A DNA stretch of 64,000 nucleotides from Longimicrobiales bacterium. GTDB taxonomy: Bacteria; Gemmatimonadota; Gemmatimonadetes; Longimicrobiales; Gaopeijiaceae. The stretch lies in assembly GCA_963664435.2 (NCBI GenBank), contig CAXXKM010000001.1, positions 64,001-128,000 of the forward strand, read 5' to 3'. How positions within the stretch are numbered: position 1 is the first letter of the stretch; each line of letters opens with the position of its first letter. The notes under the pieces are model-generated. The model ran no database searches and was not told where the DNA came from. It saw only the letters and a program-made list of their open reading frames with translations. Shown in pieces: positions 1 to 10,496 of the stretch. The translations under genes and the position numbers were made by a program.

Positions 1-405
1 CGACGACGCGAACCACTCGCGGATGTAGGCGACCGCGTCCCCGGTGTGCGTGCCCGGCCCGAAGAGCCGGCCGATGCCCGCGGAATGGAGCGCGTCCGCG
101 TCCGTCTCGGGGATGATGCCGCCCCCGGTAACCAGCACGTCGCCCAGCCCGGACTCGTCGAGGAGCCCCTTCACCCGGGGCAGCAGGGTCATGTGGGCGC
201 CCGAGAGGATCGACAGCGCCACAACGTCGGCGTCTTCCTGAAGGGCGGCTTCCACGATCGCCTCCGGCGTCTGGTGAAGGCCGGTGTAGACGACCTCGAA
301 GCCCGCGTCGCGGAAGGCGCTCACGATCACGCGCGCCCCGCGGTCGTGGCCGTCCAGTCCCGGCTTGGCCACCAGGACGCGGATCCTGCGGTGTGTTGAG
401 GTCAT
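1..405 (-). CDS. Cobalamin (B12)-binding domain protein, methylmalonyl-CoA mutase small-subunit type (3' end runs off the window)
   Basis: Manual translation from ATG at 405: [27 protein letters not shown]...[11 protein letters not shown]...TGGGIIP; DxHxxG B12 motif; ATGA overlap with the meaB stop. Confidence 0.92.
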   Translation of the reverse strand, partial: MTSTHRRIRVLVAKPGLDGHDRGARVIVSAFRDAGFEVVYTGLHQTPEAIVEAALQEDADVVALSILSGAHMTLLPRVKGLLDESGLGDVLVTGGGIIPETDADALHSAGIGRLFGPGTHTGDAVAYIREWFASS

Positions 406-1502
406 GGCTCTTCGTCCCCGGACAAGATACCTCCCGCGGCGAGCAAGCGTTGTGCCGCTTCGTACACCGTCTCCCGCCCGCCGGCCACCATCCGGGCCGC
501 CTCCGCGAAGCCGCCGCCCCCCGCAACCCGGCCCAGGTGTGCCTCCAGGGCGGCGCGCACTGCCGCCCGGATGCGTGCCTGCGCGCGGGCGATGCGGCGC
601 GCCTCCAACGCCCCCGACCCCGCGAGGCCTCGGCGGTGGTCCTCGATGGCGCCCGCGACCGCGTCGATCCCCTCGCCCGTGGTGGCGACCGCAGCGAGCA
701 CGGGGGGGATCCACCCGGGCGCGCCGGCCTCCTCGGCGAGCGCGCCGGCGCGCTCGCCGACGGTGGTCACGGCAGCAGGGCCGGAGGGCGTCCGTGCGAG
801 CGTACCGTCTCCCGCGGCCGCCGCGTCCAGGCCGCCACCTTGCCGGCGGCGACCCAGCCCTACCGCATCGCGCAACTGCCGCGCGAGCGCACGCGCTCCC
901 GGACGGTCCGACTTGTTCACCACGAAGATGTCGGCCACTTCGGCGAGTCCGGCCTTCATGGCCTGCACCTCGTCCCCCGATTCGGGCGTGAGCACCAGCA
1001 CCACCGTGTCGGCCGCCGCCGCGACCCCCAGCTCGGTCTGGCCGACGCCCACCGTCTCCAGAAGGACGCGGCCGAATCCGCTCCCCTCCATCAGGTCGAT
1101 CACGTCGTGCACCGCCTCGGCCATGCCGCCCCCCGCCCCGCGCGTCGCCATCGAGCGGATGAAGACGCCCCGGTCGAGCTGGAGCGCCGCCATGCGCACG
1201 CGATCTCCCAGCAGCGCGCCTCCGGAGTACGGCGAGGTGGGATCCACCGCGACGATCGCCACCTCCTCACCGGCCCCGCGCCAATGCCGGGCCAGCGCCG
1301 CCGCCAGGGTCGACTTCCCCGCCCCGGGCGGCCCGGTGATCCCCGTCCGGTGGCCCCGGCAGCCGCGCGCCGCCACCTGCGCCAGCAGCTCGCGGAACCC
1401 CGGGCGCCGGTCCTCCACCACCGAAATGGCCCGTGCCAGCGCCGCCCGCTCACCCGCGGCGCACCGCTCCGCGAGCGACCCTGCCCTCTCCAGGTCGTTC
1501 AT
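402..1502 (-). CDS. meaB: Methylmalonyl-CoA mutase-associated GTPase MeaB/ArgK
   Basis: [13 protein letters not shown]-loop, [32 protein letters not shown]; coupled to the B12-binding subunit gene. Confidence 0.95.
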   Translation of the reverse strand: MNDLERAGSLAERCAAGERAALARAISVVEDRRPGFRELLAQVAARGCRGHRTGITGPPGAGKSTLAAALARHWRGAGEEVAIVAVDPTSPYSGGALLGDRVRMAALQLDRGVFIRSMATRGAGGGMAEAVHDVIDLMEGSGFGRVLLETVGVGQTELGVAAAADTVVLVLTPESGDEVQAMKAGLAEVADIFVVNKSDRPGARALARQLRDAVGLGRRRQGGGLDAAAAGDGTLARTPSGPAAVTTVGERAGALAEEAGAPGWIPPVLAAVATTGEGIDAVAGAIEDHRRGLAGSGALEARRIARAQARIRAAVRAALEAHLGRVAGGGGFAEAARMVAGGRETVYEAAQRLLAAGGILSGDEEP

Positions 1503-1605
1503 CGCCGTCCCCGCACGGTCCTCTCCGGCATCGCCAACCCATCCCGTTCCCGGACCCCCGCGGGTACCGGGATGCCCTCACCCGCCGGGGCCGCCCCCCG
1601 GCCCG

Positions 1606-3276
1606 CTATGGGCGCCACGGTCGCGATCCCAGCCCGCGCGCGTGGCGCAACGGGTTGTCCAGCAGGTGCGCCGGGACGACCAGCACGACCAGGAACAGCA
1701 CCAGCGCGGCGAGCAGCCCGGCGGCCAGGACCCACACGTTGTCGAGCGAGATGTAGATGATGGCGGAGATGATGGCGGTGGAGGCGGCGAAGATGGAGAG
1801 CAGCAGCCGTCGACCCAGCAGCGTGAGAGAGCGCTCGAGGCCCTGGATGTCGCGCGGGTGCACCCGCACCCGAAGGTTCTCGCGCTCGGCCCGCACCAGC
1901 AACTCGCGTGCGGACCGCACCAGCCCACTGGTTTCGGACCACATATCCTTCGCGATCGCGACCGGCTCCCGGCCCGCCGTCCGCAGGATCTCGCTCCTGT
2001 GCGCGCGCACCACCCTGCGGAAGACCGCGAACGAGTCGAAGCGGGCGTCGTAGCCGGTCCCGATGCCCTCGAGCAGCACGAGCGTGCGGAACAGGTAGAC
2101 CAGCTCGCGCGGCAGCATGAGCGGCCAGGTGTAGAAGGTGTCCAGCACGTCGCGCACGCTCTCCTGTACCCGCCCATGCCGGCCCCGGCCGTCCTTGCGC
2201 GCGCTCTCGACCACCCGCACGATCTCGGTGGCGGCCTCGCGGATCTCCCCGCGCGACACCTCCGGGCCGATCATCCCCAGCCGGTACATGGCGCCGATGG
2301 CGCCGTCGATGTCCTCCCGCACCACGGCCATCGACAGGCCCAGGAGGGACTGGCGCGTCCAGCGCGGAACCTCGATGACGGCGCCCCAGTCGAGCACCAC
2401 CAGCGATCCGTCCTCGGCGACCAGCAGGTTGCCCGGATGGGGATCGGCGTGCAGGAACCCGTCCATCATCATCATGCGCAGGTACAGCGAAGAGAGCCTC
2501 TCCATCAGCAGGCTCGCCGAAGGGCGTCCCCGCCGGACCCGGTCTCCCAGGCGATCGATGGGGATCCCTTCCATGTACTGCATCACCATCACATGCCGCG
2601 TGGTCATCTCGTCGAAGACGCGCGGCGCCCTCACTGCGCGATCTCCGGCGAAGGCGCGCCGAAAGCGCCGGATGTTCTCGGCTTCGATGCGCAGGTCCAT
2701 CTCCTCCCGCACCTTCACCGAGAACTCGCGGATCACGTTGGCCAGCGCCCGCATGTGGTGGTTGGGGAACAGGACGTTGAGCCAGAAGACGATGCGGAAC
2801 GCCGTATCCACGTCCAGCGCCACGCGCTGCTCCACGCGCGGGCGGAGCACCTTGATCGCCACGTCGCGCCCGTCGAGCCGGCCCCGGTGCACCTGCCCCA
2901 GGCTGGCTGCGGCGATGGGTTCTCGCTCGAAGCTCTCGAAGAGATCCGGGAGCCTTCCGCCGAGTTCCCCCTCGATCACGCCCACGATCGCATCCGGAGC
3001 GGCGGGAGGCACCTGGTCCCGGAGCGTGCCCACGGCGGTGAGATAGGGCTCGGGAAGGATGTCCGCACGCGCGGCAAACATCTGCCCCAGCTTGATGAAC
3101 GCGGGCCCGAGCGCAGCGATGGTCCTGACCAGCCGGGCGGCGCGCCCCTCGTGGTGCCCGGGCCTTCGGCGTGCCGGACGCCCGACGAGGATCCAGCGCC
3201 GGCGGTCGCGCAGAAACGCGATCAGGAACGGCTGCAGACGAAGGAAGACCCACGCAAAACGTGCGATGCGCCTCAT
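1606..3276 (-). CDS. ABC1/AarF/UbiB family atypical protein kinase with C-terminal TM helices
   Basis: LGPAFIKLGQ, AAASLGQVH, VAIKVLRP, HADPHPGN, LDWG; start taken at MRRIARF (3276). Confidence 0.92.
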   Translation of the reverse strand: MRRIARFAWVFLRLQPFLIAFLRDRRRWILVGRPARRRPGHHEGRAARLVRTIAALGPAFIKLGQMFAARADILPEPYLTAVGTLRDQVPPAAPDAIVGVIEGELGGRLPDLFESFEREPIAAASLGQVHRGRLDGRDVAIKVLRPRVEQRVALDVDTAFRIVFWLNVLFPNHHMRALANVIREFSVKVREEMDLRIEAENIRRFRRAFAGDRAVRAPRVFDEMTTRHVMVMQYMEGIPIDRLGDRVRRGRPSASLLMERLSSLYLRMMMMDGFLHADPHPGNLLVAEDGSLVVLDWGAVIEVPRWTRQSLLGLSMAVVREDIDGAIGAMYRLGMIGPEVSRGEIREAATEIVRVVESARKDGRGRHGRVQESVRDVLDTFYTWPLMLPRELVYLFRTLVLLEGIGTGYDARFDSFAVFRRVVRAHRSEILRTAGREPVAIAKDMWSETSGLVRSARELLVRAERENLRVRVHPRDIQGLERSLTLLGRRLLLSIFAASTAIISAIIYISLDNVWVLAAGLLAALVLFLVVLVVPAHLLDNPLRHARGLGSRPWRP

Positions 3277-3699
3277 GGGGAAGTCGTAGCCTCTTCGTCG
3301 CGGCGTTGAAGGGATGGGATGCCGTTGAGGCCGCGACCTCGCGCCAGCGCGACGAGGGAACCGGCCCCACGCGGAATCCCCGAGCATGGAGACAACCGGT
3401 GCCGCAAAGCTGGCCGCAACCTGCCGGCTTCGTCTACCCCGGAGGCTGCACGGGGATCACGAAAGCGGCATCCGGGAGGCAATCGGCCGCCGCGCGGTGA
3501 GCCCTCCTGGTGGACGAGTCCGCGGCCGCCGCGCATCTTGGTCCCGGCCCGTGCAACCGCGCGGACCCGGTTCGAGTCCCATGGATGGGCCGATTGCGGG
3601 CCGGGTCGGCTCATCCGCACCGGCATGGACCCGTGGCGCCCTGTCGCGGACGGGCCCGATCACGCTTCTCCCCCCCTGCTCACGGAGTTCCTGGAGACC

Positions 3700-4925
3700 A
3701 TGAACGACAAGGCCGAACACATCCGTTTCCGACATTCGATCAGGCTCGCGCTGGGCGGCGTCGGCGCAACCCTTGCGCTGGTCTCCGCCGGGGCCTGCGG
3801 CAGCGAGGGCGCCGAAGAGAATCGCACCGGCCTCGGTGCGGCGCAGGCGGTGCTCGAGCAGGAGTTCGCCGTCATCCAGACCGTGCGCGAACTGCCGGAC
3901 GGGCGCGTGCTGGTGGCCGATCCGCTGGGGCAGACGCTGGTGGCGGTCGACATGGAGACAGGAACCACCACCTCCCTCGGGCGCGTTGGCGAGGGGCCCG
4001 CGGAGTACCGCCAGCCGGACGCGGTGTGGCCGCTGCCGGGCGACAGGTCCCTCTGGTGGACCTCGGCAACGGGCGCCTGACCGAGATGGGCGCCGACCTG
4101 AGCTTTGGCGACACGCGACCCTACATGCTGGGTTCGTTGCAGATGGGGTCGCCGATCATGCTCGCGATTCCGCAGGGCGTGGACGATGGCGGGGGCATCT
4201 ACTTCCAGGGCTTCGGGATGAGCGCGGGTGGAGAGGTGGCCGATTCCTCGCAGGTTCTCCGCTACGACCTGGGGACGGAGGCGGTTGACACGGTGGTGAG
4301 CGTCAAGCTGACCGACCGCACCCGCCGCACCTCGGGCGGAGCGGCCAACCAGAACGTGTCGATCTCACCGATTCCGCTCTCGCCCGCCGACGCGTGGGGC
4401 GCGGCAGCGGATGGCCGGGTGGTGGTCGCCCGCTCGGTCCCCGGATCCGGCGAGTTCTGGGTGGAGTGGTTCGCGCCGGACGGCGAAGTGACGCGCGGAC
4501 CGGCCTATCCCTACGCCCCGGTGGGCATCGGAAGAGCCGAGATGGAGGAATGGCGCGACTCGCGCGCAGAGACCGGCGGCGGCATGACCATCGAGATGGA
4601 GGGGGTCAACGGCAACATGAACCTGCGCGCGGGCCGCAGAGGGGCCGCGGGCAACGACGACCTGGACAGCTACCAGTGGCCCGAAAGCAAGCCGGCCTTC
4701 TATGGACGCATTCCCGTCGACCCGACGGGACGCGCCTGGCTGCGCCGCCATACCGCGGCGGGCGATGCCCCCGCATACGATCTCTTCGACGGTTCCGGGA
4801 CGCGCACGGCGACCATCGAGCTGCCGATGGAACGCCGCGTGGTGGCGTTCGGCGAGGGCGTGGTCTACGCGGTGCGCATGGACGAGTTCGACCTGCAGTA
4901 CCTGGAAAGGTACGGGTTGCCGTAG
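3700..4925 (+). pseudogene. Beta-propeller lipoprotein interrupted by a 1-nt frameshift (pseudogene or sequencing error)
   Basis: Lipoprotein-like N-terminus (LVSAGAC) and GRVGEGPAEY motif in one frame; the protein continues as LVDLGNGRL...DEFDLQYLERY in another frame from about 4052. Confidence 0.75.
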
Positions 4926-4932
4926 GCGAGAT

Positions 4933-4962
4933 GCCGGGCCGGCATGGCGCTGCCGGCCCGGC
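4933..4962. terminator. 12-bp perfect GC hairpin between convergent genes
   Basis: GCCGGGCCGGCA-TGGCGC-TGCCGGCCCGGC; no U-tract. Confidence 0.45.
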
Positions 4963-5033
4963 GGATGAACCAGGCCGTTACGCGTCGAGTCCTTCGATCA
5001 GGCCGTCCACGTTCAATGCCATCATGTGTCTCC

Positions 5034-5471
5034 CTACCCCTGGGGCACATCTACCTGCACAGCCGCGCTCCCGGCCCCCGCGCGCACGTGCCCGTGGCCT
5101 CCGTCGCCGACCCGGATCCGCTCGAACCCCTCCGCACCCACATCGACCAGCGGGATGCTCGGGTAGCCCAGTTCCTCGGCGACCAGGACCCCCAGTACCA
5201 GGATGGCGTCGGTGGAGCCGAGGACGATGGCCGAGGGAGCGATGTCGCTGCGCAGCAGCTCGAGCATGATGGCGCTGGAGGAGCTGGAGCCGATCGCGCG
5301 CTCCATGACCAGGACGCGGCCGCGCACGGACTCGCCGAATTGCGGATGCCGGGGATCGGACACGCGGCCCGTCTCGGGATCCACGCCTCCCCAGAAGCTG
5401 AGGGGACGCTCGAGCACCAGCAGGCGCCCCCTGCCCTCCCCGGGATGCACGGGGACGCCGCTCAGCTCCAC
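5034..5471 (-). CDS. Aconitase X swivel (small) subunit, DUF126
   Basis: LSFWGGVDPETGRV...HPQ.GES..GRVLV...GSSSSS; overlaps the large subunit gene. Confidence 0.9.
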   Translation of the reverse strand: MELSGVPVHPGEGRGRLLVLERPLSFWGGVDPETGRVSDPRHPQFGESVRGRVLVMERAIGSSSSSAIMLELLRSDIAPSAIVLGSTDAILVLGVLVAEELGYPSIPLVDVGAEGFERIRVGDGGHGHVRAGAGSAAVQVDVPQG

Positions 5472-6772
5472 AGGCCCTCGTCGCGGGTGACGCGTCCGGC
5501 CGCGGCCGAGCGCACGCAGTCCTCCAGGCTTCCGTAGACCACATCGTAGCCGGTGGTGGCGGGGGTGTAGTGCGCGAACTTCCCGGAGTTGGTCATGAGC
5601 ACGCTTCCGCGTGCGGGCAGGATGGGCGCGACCACGACGCAGGTATCGGCCACGATCTCGACCCCGGCCTCCTCGAATCGACGCAGATGTCCGTTCTGCT
5701 GCAGCCGCTGGTATTCCGCCCTTCCCGTGCAGACGTAGAAAGGAATCCTGAAGGGCTCCCGCCGAAGCAGCGCCTCGAGAAGGGAGAACTCGTCCCGGGA
5801 GAAGTGCGGGCTGCCGAGCGCGACCGCGTCGATTTCGAGTGTGCCGGTGGTGCTGAGCGCGTCCCGCACCCGCCGGAGTTCGCGTGCGCCGGGCGTGAGG
5901 ACGGCCTCGGGGGCCCGGCCGGCGAGCGCCGTCGCGAGGTCCGGGGCCTCCGGGGTGACGCCCTCTACGTGGAAGAGCCCGACCGCGCCGGAAGACGCCG
6001 ACGCCGCCCCCATCGCCTTCAGCTGGTCCTCGGTCACGGTCTCGGGGAGTCCGGTTACGACCGCGACCCGCTCGTCGACGGTGGCGCCGAGCCAGGTGCC
6101 CAGCACCGGGTAGAACACGTCGCGCTCCCTGAGCGCCGGATTGATCGCGCCGGTGTCCACCACCACGGTGGCCCGCCGGTTCTCCTCCAGGTGAAGGCCG
6201 GTGCGGGGCGCGCGGCCCGCCAGCGCGCAGCAGATGTCCATGAAGTCGCCGTAGCGGTTGGTGCGGGCGCCGAGCACCGAGTTGGCGAAGACCACGGCGT
6301 TGCTCTCGCCCCAGGCCACGTCCTGGCCGCGCTCGGGCCGGTGTCCAGCCTGGTAGGGCGCGCAGGTCCAGGTCGGACGGCAGCCCAGGGCCTCGTAGGC
6401 CCGCATTTGTCGCAACGCCATCTCCCGGCGATGGCCGGCGGAGCGCACGCGGCGCGGATGGAGCAGGTCGAGCGCCCCTACGTTCAGCGTGGTGGGGACG
6501 CCCACCTTGCCTCCAAGCGAAACGAGCCTTTCGGCGAACTCGACGCCCCCGTCGCCGTGGTAGAGGCAGCCGTCGATGTGCGCGGAAGCCACGGGCACCA
6601 GCTCCCGCGCCGCGAGGATGCGCGCCATCCGCACCACGATGCGCATCGCCAGTTGGGGCGCGGGCCCGGACGCGCCCTCCAGGATCCCGCGCTCCTCGTC
6701 CGAGAGAGTCAGGGACGAATCCGGCCTCGCCTTCGCGGCCTCAATCGCTTCCAGTTCCATCGCGTCTGCCAT
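5462..6772 (-). CDS. Aconitase X catalytic (large) subunit, DUF521 (cis-3-hydroxyproline dehydratase-like)
   Basis: SAHIDGCLY, WTCAPY, AWGESNAVVFANSVLGARTNRY, FHVEGVTPEA, DTC, MTNSGKFAHY. Confidence 0.92.
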   Translation of the reverse strand: MADAMELEAIEAAKARPDSSLTLSDEERGILEGASGPAPQLAMRIVVRMARILAARELVPVASAHIDGCLYHGDGGVEFAERLVSLGGKVGVPTTLNVGALDLLHPRRVRSAGHRREMALRQMRAYEALGCRPTWTCAPYQAGHRPERGQDVAWGESNAVVFANSVLGARTNRYGDFMDICCALAGRAPRTGLHLEENRRATVVVDTGAINPALRERDVFYPVLGTWLGATVDERVAVVTGLPETVTEDQLKAMGAASASSGAVGLFHVEGVTPEAPDLATALAGRAPEAVLTPGARELRRVRDALSTTGTLEIDAVALGSPHFSRDEFSLLEALLRREPFRIPFYVCTGRAEYQRLQQNGHLRRFEEAGVEIVADTCVVVAPILPARGSVLMTNSGKFAHYTPATTGYDVVYGSLEDCVRSAAAGRVTRDEGLWS

Positions 6773-6791
6773 TCTGTCGCGTCCTGAGGAA

Positions 6792-8084
6792 TCAGCGCGT
6801 CCCGGGATGATCGTCCACCTCCCCGCCGCGAACCACGGCCCGGCAGGGGTTGGCGCCGATCCAGTAGCTCAACTCCGAAGGATGGTCCACATCCCAGAGC
6901 GCCAGATCCGCGCACGCGCCCGGCGATACTACGCCGACCTCCCCCTCCAGGCCCAGCACCGGCGCCGCGTGACGCGTCATCCCCGCGAGCGCTTCCTCGG
7001 GGGTCAGGCCGAAAAGGACGCAGGCCATGTTCATCGCGAGCAGAGGGGAGGTGACGGGGGACGAACCGGGGTTGAGGTCGGTCGCGACTGCGATGCGCAC
7101 GCCCTGACGCCGCAGGGCATCCACGGGTGGCCGGTGCGACTCGCCCAGGGTGTAATACGCCCCCGGAAGGAGGACCGCGGTGGTCCCCGCCGCAGCCAGC
7201 GCACGGCAGCCGGCGTCCGTCGCGTACTCCAGGTGGTCGGCAGAGCGGGCACGGTAGCGGGCGGCGAGTTCGGCCCCGCCGAATGGCGAGAGCTGATCGG
7301 CGTGGAGGCGCACCGGCAGTCGATGGGCTACCGCTGCATCGAAGACGCGCGCACACTCCGCGGGGGTGAAGGCGATGCCCTCGCAGAACGCGTCCACGGC
7401 GTGGACGAGGTCCTCGGCGGCGGCGCGCGGGATCACCGTCCCGCACACCAGGTCGAGGTACGCCTCGCGCCGGTCCTGGTATTCGGGCGGGAGCGCGTGC
7501 GCGGCGAGGAGGGTACGCGATATGCGCACGGCGAGGCGTTCGCCCAGTGTGCGGGCGACGCGCAGCATCCTCAGTTCGGTGTCGACATCCAGCCCGTAAC
7601 CGGACTTGATCTCAACCGTGGTAACACCATGCGCGGCAAGAGCTTTCATTCTCCACTCCGATGCATCGCATAGCTGCTCCTCCGTCGCCGTCCGGGTCGC
7701 GGCCACGGTTGAACGGATACCGCCCCCAGCCCGCGCGATCTCCTCATAGGTCATGCCCCGCAGGCGCATCTCGAACTCACCGGCGCGCGTGCCGGCGAAG
7801 ACGAGGTGGGTGTGGCAGTCGATGAGGCCGGGAGTGAGCCAGCCGCCTTCTCCGTCCAGGGTGTGCCCGGCGCCGGCGGCCACCTCGCGGGGGACCGCGC
7901 GCGCAGCCCCGACCCAGGTGATCCGCCCCCCGGCGACCGCCACCAGGCCATCGCGCACCACCCCGTACGCCTCGCCCGTGTCCGCCATGGTGGCGACGTG
8001 GACGTTGCGGATCAGCAGCTCCGGCCCGCCGGTCTCCCTGTTCAGATCATCCTCCCGTCTGCCATTTTGGCAGACTTTTCTCAC
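6792..8084 (-). CDS. hutI: Imidazolonepropionase (start uncertain; CTG at 8045 follows a GGGAGG RBS)
   Basis: TPGLIDCHTHLVFAG, EIKSGYGL, DAFCEGIAF, LHADQLS, SADHLEY, ATDLNPGSSP. Confidence 0.95.
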   Translation of the reverse strand: MRKVCQNGRREDDLNRETGGPELLIRNVHVATMADTGEAYGVVRDGLVAVAGGRITWVGAARAVPREVAAGAGHTLDGEGGWLTPGLIDCHTHLVFAGTRAGEFEMRLRGMTYEEIARAGGGIRSTVAATRTATEEQLCDASEWRMKALAAHGVTTVEIKSGYGLDVDTELRMLRVARTLGERLAVRISRTLLAAHALPPEYQDRREAYLDLVCGTVIPRAAAEDLVHAVDAFCEGIAFTPAECARVFDAAVAHRLPVRLHADQLSPFGGAELAARYRARSADHLEYATDAGCRALAAAGTTAVLLPGAYYTLGESHRPPVDALRRQGVRIAVATDLNPGSSPVTSPLLAMNMACVLFGLTPEEALAGMTRHAAPVLGLEGEVGVVSPGACADLALWDVDHPSELSYWIGANPCRAVVRGGEVDDHPGTR

Positions 8085-8117
8085 CTTCCCCCGTGTCTGT
8101 CTGCCATTTTGGCAGAC
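8057..8117. promoter_or_regulatory. Two identical 19-bp palindromes (putative tandem operators) in the divergent hutI-hutF region
   Basis: GTCTGCCA-TTT-TGGCAGAC at 8057-8075 and 8099-8117, 42-bp period. Confidence 0.65.
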
Positions 8118-8341
8118 TCCATGACCGTGGCCCGAGTCCCGGACCGCACGACTGCCAACCTAGCTTCAAGACGCTTGTTCGAGGTAGCGTGCGGTCACCC
8201 TGCCCCCATGGCGCCTCCGGAAACTGCCGCCGACGGCCTTCGACGTTGCGGAGTTGCGGTGGTGACAGATGGCCGCGACGCGGATGTCCACTCGACCCGG
8301 CGCATTGACGGCGCTCCCGTACGGGCGTACCGTCCCCGGCC

Positions 8342-9721
8342 ATGCCCGACCTCCATTTCGATCTGGCGCTGCTTCCCGACGGCTGGGCGCGCGACGTCCG
8401 CGTCAAGGTGACCGCCGGCGGCGATTTCGGCGAGATACTTCCCGGCGGACACCCGGAAGGAGCGCGACGCGTCGCCGGCGCGGTCGTCCCGGGAGTCCCC
8501 AACGTGCACTCCCACGCATTTCAGCGGGCGATGGCGGGCCTCACCGAGTGCGGCAGCACGGCCGAATACGGGTTCCGGAGCTGGCGCGATCGGATGTACG
8601 CCTTTCTCGCGCGTCTTTCGCCGGATGATGTGCACGTCGTCGCCTCTCAGCTGTATGCCGAGATGTTGCGCCACGGGTACACCGCCGTGGCCGAGTTCCA
8701 CTACCTGCGCAACGACCCGCGCGGCCGGCCCTACGCCGTGCCGCACGAGATGGGGCTGCGCCTCCACGAGGCCGCAACGGCCACCGGGATCGGGCTCACG
8801 CTCCTGCCGGCGCTCTACCGGGTCGCGGACTTCGGGGCGGATGCGCCGCTCGAGGAGCAGCGCCGGTTCGTTGCGACGGTCGACGAGATCCTGGGCGACG
8901 CCGCAGCGCTCGGCCGGACGGTCGCGGGGAACGGCGACCGCAGCGTCGGCCTGGCGCTCCACTCGCTGCGCGCGGTGCCCCCCGGGGACCTGGCAGACGC
9001 CGTCGACGCCCTGGGCGCGACCGATCCCGCGGCGCCCATCCACATCCACCTCGCCGAGCAGGTCACCGAGGTGCGGGCGTGCCTGTCCTGGAGCGGGGCC
9101 TCCCCGGTGGAGTGGCTGCTGGACCACGCCCCGGTGGACGGGCGCTGGTGCGCGGTGCACGCCACCCACATGACCGGGGAGGAGACCCGCGCTCTGGCCG
9201 CCTCGGGCGCGGTCGCGGGGCTCTGCCCGACCACCGAGGCCAACCTGGGCGACGGGGTTTTCCCGCTCGCGAGCTACCTGGTCGCCGGAGGGCGGTGGGG
9301 GGTGGGGAGCGACTCCCACGTCAGCGTCAGCCCGGCCGCCGATCTGCGGATGCTCGAGTACTCGCAGCGGCTCACGATGCACGAGCGCAACGTCGCCGGA
9401 GGCCGCGAGGCCCACTCCACGGGGCGGGCCCTGCTGGAGGGCGCCTGGGCGGGCGGCGCGCAGGCGAGCGGACGGCGGCTGGGCGCGATCCGACCCGGGT
9501 TCCGGGCCGACGTGGTCGTCCTCGACACCGGCCATCCCGCTCTCGTGGGAAGAGACGAGGACCAACTGCTCGACGCCTGGATCTTCAGCGGCGAGGACAC
9601 GCCCGTGCGCGACGTCATGGTGGGCGGAGCCTGGGTGGTGCTGGACGGGCGCCACCGCGGGCAGGAGGAAATCGCGACCGCGCACCGGGCGGTGGCGCGG
9701 AAGCTCGCCGCGGTGCTCTAG
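8342..9721 (+). CDS. hutF: Formimidoylglutamate deiminase
   Basis: PNVHSHAFQRAMAGL, AEFHYL, HSLRAV, HIHLAEQ, CPTTEANLGDG, GSDSH. Confidence 0.95.
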   Translation: MPDLHFDLALLPDGWARDVRVKVTAGGDFGEILPGGHPEGARRVAGAVVPGVPNVHSHAFQRAMAGLTECGSTAEYGFRSWRDRMYAFLARLSPDDVHVVASQLYAEMLRHGYTAVAEFHYLRNDPRGRPYAVPHEMGLRLHEAATATGIGLTLLPALYRVADFGADAPLEEQRRFVATVDEILGDAAALGRTVAGNGDRSVGLALHSLRAVPPGDLADAVDALGATDPAAPIHIHLAEQVTEVRACLSWSGASPVEWLLDHAPVDGRWCAVHATHMTGEETRALAASGAVAGLCPTTEANLGDGVFPLASYLVAGGRWGVGSDSHVSVSPAADLRMLEYSQRLTMHERNVAGGREAHSTGRALLEGAWAGGAQASGRRLGAIRPGFRADVVVLDTGHPALVGRDEDQLLDAWIFSGEDTPVRDVMVGGAWVVLDGRHRGQEEIATAHRAVARKLAAVL

Positions 9722-10375
9722 CTACCCCTGCATCGGCACGCTCTGCGTGCGCACGATCAGTTCGATGTCCCAGATCGCCTCGGCGACGGCGCGCCCGATC
9801 AACTCCATCCGGCGCACGTCGCTGATCCGGGACTGGACGTTCTTCAGCTCGCGTTTGGACAGCAGCCACTTGAAGATCCCGCAGGCGTCCGCGAGCGCGA
9901 TGATGACGATGTCCCGGGGGTCGGGGATCATGTCGCTGAACAGCACCTCCATGATGCGCAGCTTCACCTCGCGTTCCGCCTTTCCGTCCACGACCGGATA
10001 GCGCCGCGAGCGGAAGACCCACAGGAAACGCTCCTCCTGGCGCGCCAGGATGCCCTTCGAGACCAGGCGCTCGAGCGCGGTCTCGCGGATATCGGCGGCG
10101 CGGCCCGCGGCGTGTTCTACCCAGTAGCGCGCATCGTGGGCGTCCTCGGCCTGTGCGATCTCCTCCAGCATCGGATCCAGCAGGCTGTCGCCGAGCGGCG
10201 TCGCGTCGACCAGGTAGAGCTTCTCCAGATCGGTGTCGATCCGGTTCTCGAGCGCCAGGTCCATCAACACGCCGCCACCGAGGGCGTAGTTGAGCGACCA
10301 GCTGGGGACGTGCGCGAACGTGCCGTTCTCGTCATCGAGCAACAGCAGCAGGATCTCCTCGGCGAATCTCAGCAC
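9722..10375 (-). CDS. GPP34 family (GOLPH3/Vps74-like) protein
   Basis: GTG start after GGGAGAAG; LRFAEEILLLLLDD.G, LMDLALENRID, LVSKGIL...FLWVF..RRYP. Confidence 0.85.
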   Translation of the reverse strand: MLRFAEEILLLLLDDENGTFAHVPSWSLNYALGGGVLMDLALENRIDTDLEKLYLVDATPLGDSLLDPMLEEIAQAEDAHDARYWVEHAAGRAADIRETALERLVSKGILARQEERFLWVFRSRRYPVVDGKAEREVKLRIMEVLFSDMIPDPRDIVIIALADACGIFKWLLSKRELKNVQSRISDVRRMELIGRAVAEAIWDIELIVRTQSVPMQG

Positions 10376-10496
10376 GGCGGCTTCTCCCCTGGTGTCTTTG
10401 GCGCCGAAAAGGCAACTGCAGTCATTATGCCTCGTTTCCCGATGAACGGGAACCCGTTCCCTCTCATGGTCGCATGCCCCGGCCTGCGGACACCGA

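Noticed and set aside
4045..4060. Programmed ribosomal frameshift
   Set aside because: No slippery sequence or stimulatory structure seen; a simple indel is more parsimonious.
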